Origin: Rhodothermales bacterium
Lineage (GTDB): Bacteria; Bacteroidota; Rhodothermia; Rhodothermales; JANQRZ01
Assembly: GCA_028284265.1 (NCBI GenBank)
Contig: JANQRZ010000024.1
Coordinates: forward strand, 192,132 to 256,131
DNA: 64,000 nucleotides
Direction of reading: 5' to 3'
Shown: positions 1 through 8,213 of the stretch, piece by piece
How the letters are laid out: every line of letters starts with the position of its first letter
How positions within the stretch are numbered: position 1 is the stretch's first letter
Translations under genes and position numbers: made by a program
Notes under the pieces: generated by a model
Told to the model about the DNA's origin: nothing
Database searches by the model: none
What the model saw: only the letters and a program-made list of their open reading frames with translations

Positions 1-465
1 CTCGATGGCCTCCTCGCCGACCTTCTGCGCGCAGCGGTCCAGTCCGGCTTCAGCGAGGGAGCGGACGTAGGAGTCAGGGCCGCTGGAGGCGAAGCGGTCG
101 GTGATGGTGCGCTCTAGTTCACCGAGGAAGCCTAGTCCGGCGTCGGCGTCGAAGCACGAGACGGCTCCGGTGTGGCATGTCGGGCCGGTGGGTTCGGCGA
201 GGACGAGGAGGGCGTCGGCGTCGCAGTCGGTGTGGAGGCTGCGGAGGCGGAGGGTGTAGCCCGAGGTTTCGCCCTTCGTCCAGAGGGCGTCCCGGCTCCG
301 GCTCCAGAACGTGACGAGGCCGGTGGCGAGGGTCTGCTCGGCAGCGGTGCGGTTCATGTAGCCGAGCATCAGCACGCGGCGCGTGTCGGCGTCCTGCACG
401 ATGGCGGGCAGCAGCCCGTCGCCTTTGGCGAAGTCGAGCCGTTCAAGGTCGGGAGCGGTCAGCAT
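1..465 (-). CDS. hisI: Bifunctional phosphoribosyl-AMP cyclohydrolase / phosphoribosyl-ATP pyrophosphatase (HisIE), 3' part outside the window
   Basis: The reverse frame from ATG 465-463 reads [38 protein letters not shown]...TGPTCHTG, which is HisI-like. It runs off the window edge, overlaps the hisF stop by 7 nt, and is the last gene of the his operon. It is absent from the ORF track because it is truncated. Confidence 0.85.
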   Translation of the reverse strand, partial: MLTAPDLERLDFAKGDGLLPAIVQDADTRRVLMLGYMNRTAAEQTLATGLVTFWSRSRDALWTKGETSGYTLRLRSLHTDCDADALLVLAEPTGPTCHTGAVSCFDADAGLGFLGELERTITDRFASSGPDSYVRSLAEAGLDRCAQKVGEEAIE

Positions 466-1217
466 GGGCGAACGGGGATAGACTGCGCGGCGAGAATAGC
501 CTTGAGGTCGGGAATGGCGAGCGTGCCGTAGTGGAAAAGCGAGGCGGCGAGGGCGGCGTCGGCGAGGTTGGCAGCGAACACCTCGGCGAAATGGCCGGGC
601 GCTCCCGCGCCACCCGAGGCGATGAGGGGGACACGTACGCGAGGCCGTGCAGCAGCGAGGAGCGCCGTGTCGAACCCGGTCTGCGTGCCGTCAGCATCGA
701 CGGACGTGAGCAGGACTTCGCCTGCTCCGGCGTCTTGGGCTTCGGCGATCCAGTCGAGCGCGTCGCGGCCCGTGTCGGTGCGCCCGCCGTGGGTCATCAC
801 GGTCCACCCATCGCCGTTCGACTTGGCATCGACCGACAGGACGACGGCCTGACTTCCGAACGCCTCGGCCAGTTCGCGGATGAGGACAGGACGTGCTACC
901 GCCGACGAGTTAACCGCCACCTTGTCGGCCCCGGCCCCGAGCACGGAGGCCGCGTCCTCGACGCTTCCAATCCCGCCACCGACGGTGAACGGGATGTCGA
1001 GCGCTCGTCCGACGCGCAGCGCGAGGTCGGTCACGGTTTGCCGCTTCTCGACCGTTGCCGTGATGTCGAGGAAGACGAGTTCGTCGGCTCCCTCGGCGGC
1101 ATAGCGCACGGCAAGCTCGACCGGGTCGCCCGCGTCGCGGAGGCCGACGAAGTTGACGCCCTTGACGGTGCGTCCGTCGCACACGTCGAGGCAGGGGATG
1201 ATCCGTCGTGCGAGCAT
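459..1217 (-). CDS. hisF: Imidazole glycerol phosphate synthase cyclase subunit HisF
   Basis: Internal Met of ORF 459..1604: [23 protein letters not shown]...LDITA...GGGI...ASGGAG, a (beta/alpha)8 HisF pattern. ATG at 1217-1215 overlaps the hisA stop as TGATG. Confidence 0.95.
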   Translation of the reverse strand: MLARRIIPCLDVCDGRTVKGVNFVGLRDAGDPVELAVRYAAEGADELVFLDITATVEKRQTVTDLALRVGRALDIPFTVGGGIGSVEDAASVLGAGADKVAVNSSAVARPVLIRELAEAFGSQAVVLSVDAKSNGDGWTVMTHGGRTDTGRDALDWIAEAQDAGAGEVLLTSVDADGTQTGFDTALLAAARPRVRVPLIASGGAGAPGHFAEVFAANLADAALAASLFHYGTLAIPDLKAILAAQSIPVRPC

Positions 1218-1951
1218 CAGGCGGTGCCTCTGGCGCGGAAAGCGGCTAGGTCCGTCGGGGAGAGCGCGCCCTCGATCCAGGCCCGCCCGAAGACGGCCCC
1301 GGCGGCTCCGGCCTCCCGGAGTGCGCCGAGGTGGGCGACCGTGGCGACGCCGCCCGAAGCGATGATGGACAGGCCGGGGAAGAGTTGTACGAGCCATTCG
1401 ATGAGTGGGACGTTGGGGCCGGTCATCATCCCGTCCGTCTGGATGTCGGTCACGATGAAGGTCTCGACGCCGACGTGGGCGAGACGCTTCATCAGCGTTT
1501 CCGCCTTGACATCGGCGGTGCGGGTCCACCCGTGTATGGCGGGTCGCCCGTCCCGGAGGTCGAGACCTGCCACGATCCGCTCCGCCCCGAACTGCTCGAT
1601 GCACGCGAGGGCGAAGTTGGGATCGCCAGCGATGCGGGAGCCGAGGATAGCCCGTGAGGCTCCCCGGTCTAGCACATCGCCGACGGCTTCGATGGTTCGT
1701 AGGCCGCCGCCGACCTCGACGGGCAACGTGCTCTCGGCCAAGATGGCATCGAGAAACGGTGAGCGCGAAGGTTGCCCATCGCGGGCACCGTCGAGGTCCA
1801 CGAGGTGCAGCCCATCGGCAAACGGCGCGACCGCGTCGAGGATTGAGGCAGGCGTGGCGTCGTAGGTCGTGACCTCGTCATAATCGCCCCGGCGGAGGCG
1901 GACGGCGCGACCGTCGAGGAGGTCAAGGGCAGGCCAGAGGGCAAAGCTCAT
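1217..1951 (-). CDS. hisA: ProFAR isomerase HisA
   Basis: Internal Met of ORF 1217..2074: [24 protein letters not shown]...VGGGLR...ASGGV. ATG 1951-1949 overlaps the hisH stop (ATGA). Confidence 0.93.
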   Translation of the reverse strand: MSFALWPALDLLDGRAVRLRRGDYDEVTTYDATPASILDAVAPFADGLHLVDLDGARDGQPSRSPFLDAILAESTLPVEVGGGLRTIEAVGDVLDRGASRAILGSRIAGDPNFALACIEQFGAERIVAGLDLRDGRPAIHGWTRTADVKAETLMKRLAHVGVETFIVTDIQTDGMMTGPNVPLIEWLVQLFPGLSIIASGGVATVAHLGALREAGAAGAVFGRAWIEGALSPTDLAAFRARGTA

Positions 1952-2535
1952 CGGGTGAGAAAGTTCTGGAGGATCGTGGCCCCGACGCCAGCCGACTTCT
2001 CCGGGTGGAACTGCGTGGCGACGATGTTGTCTCGCTCGATGACCGCGCTGAATGTCAGGTCGGCGTAGTGGCACGTCGCCCGCGTCTCCGGCCCAACGGG
2101 CGCAGCGTAGGTGTGGACGAAGTAGGCGTGCGCGCCGTCCATCGTCTCATCGAGAAACGCTGTGGGTGCGGTGAGGCGGAGCGTATTCCAGCCCATGTGC
2201 GGGACGGGCACGCCCGCGTCGGGGAAACGGCGGACCGTACCCGGCAAGAGGCCGAGGCATGCCGTGTTGCTTTCTTCGGAGTGCTCGTAGAGAAGCTGGA
2301 GGCCGAGGCACACGCCGAGGAGCGGCTGCCGGGTCGCGCGCAGCCAGTCCACAAGGCCCCGCTCGCGGAGCGCCGCCATCGCTGAGGCGGCAGCTCCGAC
2401 GCCCGGCAGAATCACCCGGTCGGCAGAGGCCAGTTCGTCGAGGTCAGCGGTCAGCATCCACGCCGCTCCGAGGCGGTCTAGCGCATTGCCGACCGAGCGG
2501 GTGTTGCCTGCGCCGTAATCAATGAGAGCCGTCAC
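1948..2535 (-). CDS. hisH: Imidazole glycerol phosphate synthase glutamine amidotransferase subunit HisH
   Basis: MTALIDYGAGNTRSVGNAL...LLGVCLGLQLL...FHPEKS, the class-I amidotransferase Cys/His/Glu pattern. 4-nt overlap with hisB. Confidence 0.95.
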   Translation of the reverse strand: MTALIDYGAGNTRSVGNALDRLGAAWMLTADLDELASADRVILPGVGAAASAMAALRERGLVDWLRATRQPLLGVCLGLQLLYEHSEESNTACLGLLPGTVRRFPDAGVPVPHMGWNTLRLTAPTAFLDETMDGAHAYFVHTYAAPVGPETRATCHYADLTFSAVIERDNIVATQFHPEKSAGVGATILQNFLTR

Positions 2536-3617
2536 AGGATGCCTTTGGTGGAGGGAATGGAGGACGCGGCACGAGAGTCGGGTTCGGCGGCGGCGCGAAG
2601 GGCACGGGCGAACGCTTTCGCCATCGCCTCGATGCGGTGGTGCTCGTTGCGCCCCGGCGCGAGGAGCCGGAGGTGGAGCGCAAGCTTGGCCTCGACGGCG
2701 AGGCTCTGGAAGAAGTGCGGCACCATCTCGGTGCTCAGGGCACCCACCATGTCTCGCTCGGGCGTGTAGTCGGTTTCGAAGGCGAAGCGTCCGCCGAGGT
2801 CGATGGCAGCGGCGCAGAGCACCTCGTCCATCGGCACGAGTGCGTCGCCGTAGCGCCGGATGCCGCGCCGCTCGCGGAGGGCTTCGCGGAGGGCCTGCCC
2901 GAGCACGAGGCCGACGTCTTCGACTAAGTGGTGGTCGTCCACGTCGTCGCCCTCAGCCTGAACGGTCAGGTCGATCAGGCTGTGGCGGGCGACGAGGTGA
3001 AGCAGGTGGTTCAGAAAGCCATTCGCTACCGATCCTTCGTAGCGCCCCTCGCCGTCGAGTTGGAGAGAAAGCTGTATGCTGGTCTCTGCCGTTGTGCGCT
3101 CGATGAAGGCTGTGCGTCCTGCTGTGTCGGCTAGGGCTGCATCGACAAGCGCTAGCCAATTGGCATAATCGGTGATGCGATACCCTCGCACGCCAAGTGC
3201 CTCGGCGAACTGGAGGTCGCTCTCGCGGTCGCCGATCATGATGGACCCGTCAGGGTCGAAGTCGAGGTCATCGACCAAGCCCGTGCGCGGCTTGCGACAG
3301 GCACAGTCGTCCTCGGGACGGTGCGGGCATACGAGCACAGCGTCGAACACGAGGCCTTCGCTGGCGAGGACCTCGAACAGCTTGGCGTTGACGGCCTCGA
3401 AGGTCTCCGTCGGGTTGGCATCGGTGCCGAGGCCGTCTTGGTTGGTGACCATGACGAGGTCGAACCCGGCATCATGGAGACGCCGCAGGCCAGAGAGGTT
3501 GCGCGGGAGCAGGCGCAGGTCAGCGAGGCCGCCGACCTGATAGGGCGTCGGGTGGTCGGGACCGGGTTCCCAGATCAGCGTCCCGTCGCGGTCGATGAAG
3601 GCGATACGTCGGCTCAT
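2532..3617 (-). CDS. hisB: Bifunctional histidinol-phosphatase / imidazoleglycerol-phosphate dehydratase HisB
   Basis: N-terminal HAD motif FIDRDGTLI plus a C-terminal IGPD region with histidine-rich motifs (DDHHLVED, NEHHRIEA). 4-nt overlaps on both sides. Confidence 0.93.
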   Translation of the reverse strand: MSRRIAFIDRDGTLIWEPGPDHPTPYQVGGLADLRLLPRNLSGLRRLHDAGFDLVMVTNQDGLGTDANPTETFEAVNAKLFEVLASEGLVFDAVLVCPHRPEDDCACRKPRTGLVDDLDFDPDGSIMIGDRESDLQFAEALGVRGYRITDYANWLALVDAALADTAGRTAFIERTTAETSIQLSLQLDGEGRYEGSVANGFLNHLLHLVARHSLIDLTVQAEGDDVDDHHLVEDVGLVLGQALREALRERRGIRRYGDALVPMDEVLCAAAIDLGGRFAFETDYTPERDMVGALSTEMVPHFFQSLAVEAKLALHLRLLAPGRNEHHRIEAMAKAFARALRAAAEPDSRAASSIPSTKGIL

Positions 3618-4897
3618 GAGTCGAGGCGGAGGGTGACGGCCCGGGCGTGGGCGTCGAGCGCTTCGGCGCGGGCGAGCGTGGTGACGGCGGGGGCGAGGGC
3701 GTCGAGTCCGGTGCGGTCGAGCGTTTGGAACGTGACGGTTCGCTGGAATGACTCGACGCCCAATCCACTCGCACTACGAGCGAATCCTGCCGTCGGGAGC
3801 GTGTGGTTCGTCCCCGAGGCGTAGTCACCGACGCTCTCGGGCGTGAGCGGGCCGCAGAAGACAGAGCCTGCGTTTGTGATGGCTCGTGCCGTGCTCTGCC
3901 ACGCATCGAGGTGGAGGATGAGGTGTTCCGGAGCGTACCGGTTCGAGAACGCGGCGGCTGCTTCGACCGATTCAGCAAGGACGGCGAAGCTGTGGGCGAG
4001 AGCAGCCTCGGCTATCTCGCGCCGGGGCAGCGTGTCAAGCTGGGCCTCGATCTCGCGCTCGATGGCCTCAACGAGGGCGGCGTCGGTGGCGACGAGGACG
4101 ACCTGGCTGTCGGTTCCGTGCTCGGCTTGACTGAGGAGGTCCGCAGCGACCCACGCTAGGTTGGCCTCGGCATCAGCGATCACGAGCACCTCGCTCGGTC
4201 CGGCGATCATATCGATGGCGCAGAACCGGCTCGCCCGCCACTTAGCGGCAGTGACATAGGCGTTCCCCGGCCCGAAGATTTTGTCGACACGCGGCACCGA
4301 CTTGGTCCCGAGCGCGAGGGCAAAGACGGCCTGTGCGCCGCCGACCTGCACCACCTCCGTCAAGCCGAGATAGCCCGCCACGGCGAGGATTGGCTCGGCG
4401 GCGGGTGGCGGCGTGGCGACCACGATGCGAGCGCATCCGGCGATTTGAGCCGGAATGGCGGTCATCAGGAGCGTGCTCACGAGCGGGGCCGTCCCGCCGG
4501 GCACGTACAGCCCGACGCGCTCGATGGGCCGGGTCTCGCGCCAGCACCGGACGCCCGGCATCGTTTCGACCTCATAGCCTGTGCTTCCTTGCGGCGCGTG
4601 AAACGCGCGGATGTTGGCAGTGGCGGTCTTGACGGCAGCGCGGAAGTCGGGTGCCGCCGTGTTCCATGCCGCCGCCAGCCGCTCCTCGTCTACAAGGAGA
4701 GCATCCACCGCCGTATCGAACCGAGCGTTGAAGGCGCGCAGGGCGGCGTCGCCTCGCTCGCGCACGGCGGTTTCGATAGCGGTCACGACATCGAGCACGC
4801 GCCCGTCAAGCGGAGCGGGCCGAGCACACAGGCGCTCGATCTCGGCATCCGAGAGATCGGTCAGTCGGTAGGTCGAGAGTAGATTCGTCGCGGTCAT
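3614..4897 (-). CDS. hisD: Histidinol dehydrogenase HisD
   Basis: 427 aa with LLSQAEHGTDSQ and a C-terminal GDYASGTNHTLPT motif. Coupled to hisG and hisB by ATGA overlaps. Confidence 0.95.
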   Translation of the reverse strand: MTATNLLSTYRLTDLSDAEIERLCARPAPLDGRVLDVVTAIETAVRERGDAALRAFNARFDTAVDALLVDEERLAAAWNTAAPDFRAAVKTATANIRAFHAPQGSTGYEVETMPGVRCWRETRPIERVGLYVPGGTAPLVSTLLMTAIPAQIAGCARIVVATPPPAAEPILAVAGYLGLTEVVQVGGAQAVFALALGTKSVPRVDKIFGPGNAYVTAAKWRASRFCAIDMIAGPSEVLVIADAEANLAWVAADLLSQAEHGTDSQVVLVATDAALVEAIEREIEAQLDTLPRREIAEAALAHSFAVLAESVEAAAAFSNRYAPEHLILHLDAWQSTARAITNAGSVFCGPLTPESVGDYASGTNHTLPTAGFARSASGLGVESFQRTVTFQTLDRTGLDALAPAVTTLARAEALDAHARAVTLRLDS

Positions 4898-5754
4898 AGC
4901 ACGAGTTGCTCGATGGGCATGACGAGAATCCCGACGGCTCCGGCCTCTTTGAGTGCGTGCATCGTCTCCCAGAACACGTCGAGGCCGACGACGGTGGCGA
5001 TGCTCACCCAGTCGGGGTCGGTGAGCGGCGAGATGGTCGGCGTTTTGAGGCCGGGGAGGAGCGTGCGGATGCGCTCGACCGCCGTGCGGGGCGCGTTCAT
5101 TACGATGTAGCGCGTGCGCTCGGCGGCGAGGCGGGAGCGGACGCGGAGCAGCAGCCGGTCGAGAATGTCCTGCTTGTCGTCGGTCAGCACACGTCCGAAC
5201 AGGACAGCCTCGGAGCGAAGCACGGTCTCGAACTCCGTCAGCCCGTTCTGCGCGAGCGTCGAGCCGGTTGCCACGAGGTCGCAGACGGCGTCGGCGATGC
5301 CAAGCGACGGGGCGATCTCAACCGACCCGCTCAGGTCCACGAGCGTGGATGCGGTGCCGCGCGCCTCCAGCCAGCGCCCGAGCGTGCGGGGATAGGACGT
5401 GGCGATCCGCGCCCCGTCGAGGTCGATCTCGGTCGGCGCAGCCAGGCTGAGGCGGCACCGACCGAAGCCCAAGCGCTCGATCACCTCCAACGCCTCGCAC
5501 CCGCGCTCGACGAGGACATCTTCGCCGCACAGCCCAAGGTCGGCCCCGCCGTCGGCGACGATTTCGGGGATGTCCTTGCTACGGAGGAAGAGGAGGTCGA
5601 GCGGGAAGCCGGGGCACGTCGCGGTGAGGCCGTGCGGGCTTTGCTGGATCGACAGGCCGCAGGCGCGGAGGAAGGCGAGGGTCTGGTCGGCGAGGCGGCC
5701 GGACTTCTGGACGGCGAGGCGGAGCATCAGGGAGGTGTTATTCTGTTTTAGCAC
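4894..5754 (-). CDS. hisG: ATP phosphoribosyltransferase, long form (HisG)
   Basis: MLRLAVQKSGRLADQTLAFLRACG... with a C-terminal regulatory extension. The start could be the Met at 5754 or the Met at 5727. Confidence 0.9.
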   Translation of the reverse strand: MLKQNNTSLMLRLAVQKSGRLADQTLAFLRACGLSIQQSPHGLTATCPGFPLDLLFLRSKDIPEIVADGGADLGLCGEDVLVERGCEALEVIERLGFGRCRLSLAAPTEIDLDGARIATSYPRTLGRWLEARGTASTLVDLSGSVEIAPSLGIADAVCDLVATGSTLAQNGLTEFETVLRSEAVLFGRVLTDDKQDILDRLLLRVRSRLAAERTRYIVMNAPRTAVERIRTLLPGLKTPTISPLTDPDWVSIATVVGLDVFWETMHALKEAGAVGILVMPIEQLVL

Positions 5755-5921
5755 GTTAAAACATACGAGACCGTTTGGTTCCCGTCAACCCGCCGCTGTG
5801 TCAAGCCTCCGCGAAGCCGGTTGCCGTGGGTAGGTCCCAAGTGCTTTGCTTCCCTTCTCCATGGAACGTCATTCCCACCGGGAACAGCGGACGCAACTCC
5901 AAGCGCCCACCCTTTCCACCC

Positions 5922-5991
5922 GTCATCCCCGCGCAGGCGGGGACCCAGAGTAGCGCTAGTCGGTGGGTCCCGGATCGGGGTCCGGGATGAC
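5922..5991. repeat. Family-A palindromic doublet repeat (REPIN-like), copy A1
   Basis: gtcatccccgcgcaggcggggaccca...tcccggatcggggtccgggatgac. Each arm is GTCA plus a 7-bp stem-loop, and the arms are inverted. The 26-nt left arm is identical in A1, A2 and A3. A solo degenerate arm, gtcattcccaccgggaac, starts at 5868. Confidence 0.85.
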
Positions 5992-6022
5992 TGATGTGAT
6001 GGGAGCGCTCAGGCGGCGTGCC

Positions 6023-6313
6023 TCAACCCTCATCCAGCCGGTCGAGGGCGCGCTCGTAGCCGCCGCGTCCGTGCTGGAGCCAATGCGCCACGCGCGTGAT
6101 GGTCGCCGTGCTCACGCCCGTCTGCTCGGCGATGGTGCGGTAGGGGAGGCCCTCTTTCAGTTTCCGCACCACTTGCCACCGCTCGGTGATGGCGTGCAGC
6201 TCGCTGAGGGTGCAGAGGTCGCGGAAGAAGTCCTGGCACTCCTCGACCGTCTCCAGCGTCAGGATCGCATGGAAGAGGTCGTCGCTGGTGGGTCCGAACT
6301 CGAAGTCAGTCAT
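6023..6313 (-). CDS. TrpR-family (YerC/YecD-like) DNA-binding protein
   Basis: Internal Met of ORF 6023..6484: MTDFEFGPTSDDLFHAILTLETVEECQDFFRDLCTLSELHAITERWQVVRKLKEGLPYRTIAEQTGVSTATITRV, the typical YerC/TrpR-like HTH. Confidence 0.8.
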   Translation of the reverse strand: MTDFEFGPTSDDLFHAILTLETVEECQDFFRDLCTLSELHAITERWQVVRKLKEGLPYRTIAEQTGVSTATITRVAHWLQHGRGGYERALDRLDEG

Positions 6314-6410
6314 TGTTACAATGTGGTAGTACGCTGCATGCATGATACGATGAAGGGTGCTACATCTGGTTGTCGTTGGGTATGTTGTGGGGCCACACGC
6401 AGAATCAAGG

Positions 6411-7244
6411 ATGAGTGCTTTGATGAGGTTCGGCAATACGGTACGCTTTATTCTGTTGCCGATCACATTTGCTATGGTCTGCATCGGCTGCGGCTTGAAG
6501 TCGGATACTGCTTCTAACTCGCCTCGCTCAGGCAGCGAGGCCGAGATGGAGTCTTGCCAATTCGATTCTGCTCCAACGGTGGTCCGGTCATTGGACGACG
6601 CGGTGCTGCAATACTGGGAGGTTGAGGACCGTGCCCTCTGGTTCGAGCCGGTGCTCCCTACCGACTCGGCCTACGCCGCGTATCGGCAGCAGGTAGAAGC
6701 CCTGGGAGCCGATCAGGCACAGCCAGAGCAATACGTTCCCGAGGGCGAACAAGACAACGAGGGGTGGCGGCGCGAACTCCACAACGTTGCGCAGGCCTAT
6801 GGTGGCGCTGCCGGTACCGTCCGGCCCATCGCGTGCCTCGAAGCAGTGCTGTTCGCCTACCAAAACGCCCGCTACCCTCAACTCGATCATCCGACTGAGT
6901 TCCTCGCGTTGGTGCTAAGAAATCAGGTCGAGGAGAGGCACGTTCTTCGGGTTTACTTCGGCGCGGGCGACGAGATGTTTCCCCCCAAGACCGTCTACGG
7001 CTTCGATGAGGTCGAGCGCGACGTTGCTGCGGGCTGGACCTACGTGGCGATGCTGCATAACCACACCATTCAAGACGCCGACGGCGAAGCTCGACTCGGT
7101 GTGCCCGCGCCGAGCGTCTCCGATGTTCAACTGCTCCACGGGTTGGTCGAGAACTACGGCCTAGAACGGGTTTGGGTGACCAACGGCTTCTACACGCTGG
7201 ACATGCCCACCGACAAACTGGACCGCTACCTCGGCCCTGAATAG
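6411..7244 (+). CDS. Lipoprotein with a possible C-terminal JAB/MPN-like metallo-domain
   Basis: Internal Met: MSALMRFGNTVRFILLPITFAMVCIGCG, a signal peptide plus lipobox-like Cys. The C-terminal LHNHTIQDADGEARLGVPAPSVSDVQLL resembles the RadC/JAB HNH...PSxxD motif with an insertion. Confidence 0.6.
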   Translation: MSALMRFGNTVRFILLPITFAMVCIGCGLKSDTASNSPRSGSEAEMESCQFDSAPTVVRSLDDAVLQYWEVEDRALWFEPVLPTDSAYAAYRQQVEALGADQAQPEQYVPEGEQDNEGWRRELHNVAQAYGGAAGTVRPIACLEAVLFAYQNARYPQLDHPTEFLALVLRNQVEERHVLRVYFGAGDEMFPPKTVYGFDEVERDVAAGWTYVAMLHNHTIQDADGEARLGVPAPSVSDVQLLHGLVENYGLERVWVTNGFYTLDMPTDKLDRYLGPE

Positions 7245-7263
7245 CCAGCACGGGCTAGCCGCC

Positions 7264-8205
7264 TCATCGTGTCGCGGCGTGCAGCTCCTGCATCGCCAGC
7301 TTCGGCATGCGGTCCACGGTGAAGATGCCCCAGTGCTTCTCCGGCTCCAGCGGGTCCGGCGAGCCTTTCCACGGCTCGTCGAACGCCTCGAAAACGAACG
7401 TCAGAATCTGGTGCTCGCGGCTCCAGTCCATAAGCTGCCGGACGTACTGCGCCTGAAACTTCTGCGAGGCGTTCCACGGCTCGATCCCGCGCCCATTCGA
7501 GTGGGTTGTCCAGCCCGCCTCGGTGATGATGACGGGCTTGTCCGGGTAGTGGTCGGCGACGCTGCGGTAGTTCTGCCGGGTGTAGTCGAGGGCGCGCTCG
7601 ATGGTCTGGTATTCCCAGACCGGGTACGTGTGCAGCGAGATAAAGTCGAGTTCGGCGGCGAGTGGCTCCAGCTTGCGGGTCCACGGGACGTAGTTCTCGC
7701 AGAACGTGACCGGGTGCGGGGTCGCCGCTTTGATCCGCCGCACGTAACCGATCAGGTGCTGGACGGGCACGAGGTGGTCGGTCCACTCGACCGTGGCCTC
7801 GTTGCCCACCGAGATAGAGAACACGGCCTCCGGGTAGCGGTTGGCGAGGGCGATCACCCGGTCGATCTCGGCGCTGTTCTTCTCTCGGTTGGCAGCCAGT
7901 TGGGCCTCGGAGTACATCGCGCCCCACGGGCACTTCGGGTTGCTGACCTCGGCTCCCATATCGGCCCCGAGCATCACCTTGAAGTCGAACCCCTCGTTGC
8001 GGATCGCATCGAGCACGAGTTCGGCGTGGCGGCTGGCGTCGTAGAGCCTCAGGTACTGCCAGTTGCGCTCGAGGAGCCGAAGGTCCTCACAGACCTCGTC
8101 ATACGAGGGAAACGTCCCATCAATAGGGGACTGGTTCTCCCGGTAGCCCGAGTAGCAGATGGCATTTCCGTATTCGATCCCCAGCGCATCGTCCGCTCGC
8201 GTCAT
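7264..8205 (-). CDS. Glycoside hydrolase family 17-like (beta-1,3-glucanase/transglycosylase)
   Basis: SVGNEATVEW (acid/base) and VIITEAGWTT (nucleophile) motifs. Start placed at MTRADD (8205) so it does not overlap the upstream gene. No signal peptide seen. Confidence 0.75.
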   Translation of the reverse strand: MTRADDALGIEYGNAICYSGYRENQSPIDGTFPSYDEVCEDLRLLERNWQYLRLYDASRHAELVLDAIRNEGFDFKVMLGADMGAEVSNPKCPWGAMYSEAQLAANREKNSAEIDRVIALANRYPEAVFSISVGNEATVEWTDHLVPVQHLIGYVRRIKAATPHPVTFCENYVPWTRKLEPLAAELDFISLHTYPVWEYQTIERALDYTRQNYRSVADHYPDKPVIITEAGWTTHSNGRGIEPWNASQKFQAQYVRQLMDWSREHQILTFVFEAFDEPWKGSPDPLEPEKHWGIFTVDRMPKLAMQELHAATR

Positions 8206-8213
8206 GTTCGCTG

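Noticed and set aside
531-1865. 444-aa ORF on the plus strand across hisF/hisA
   Set aside because: It is antisense to two genes with unmistakable HisF and HisA signatures.
5755-5921. Histidine attenuator or leader peptide upstream of hisG
   Set aside because: I found no short ORF with a run of His codons and no alternative terminator/antiterminator pairing. The only structure seen is repeat A1.
5775-5990. Short ORFs translating the repeats (for example 5775..5990, 16804..17280, 46675..46893 and 47262..47306), giving VIPAQAGT / SSPRRRGP / LRGDD peptides
   Set aside because: These peptides are the known translation artefact of palindromic intergenic repeats. Each ORF is centred on a repeat copy.
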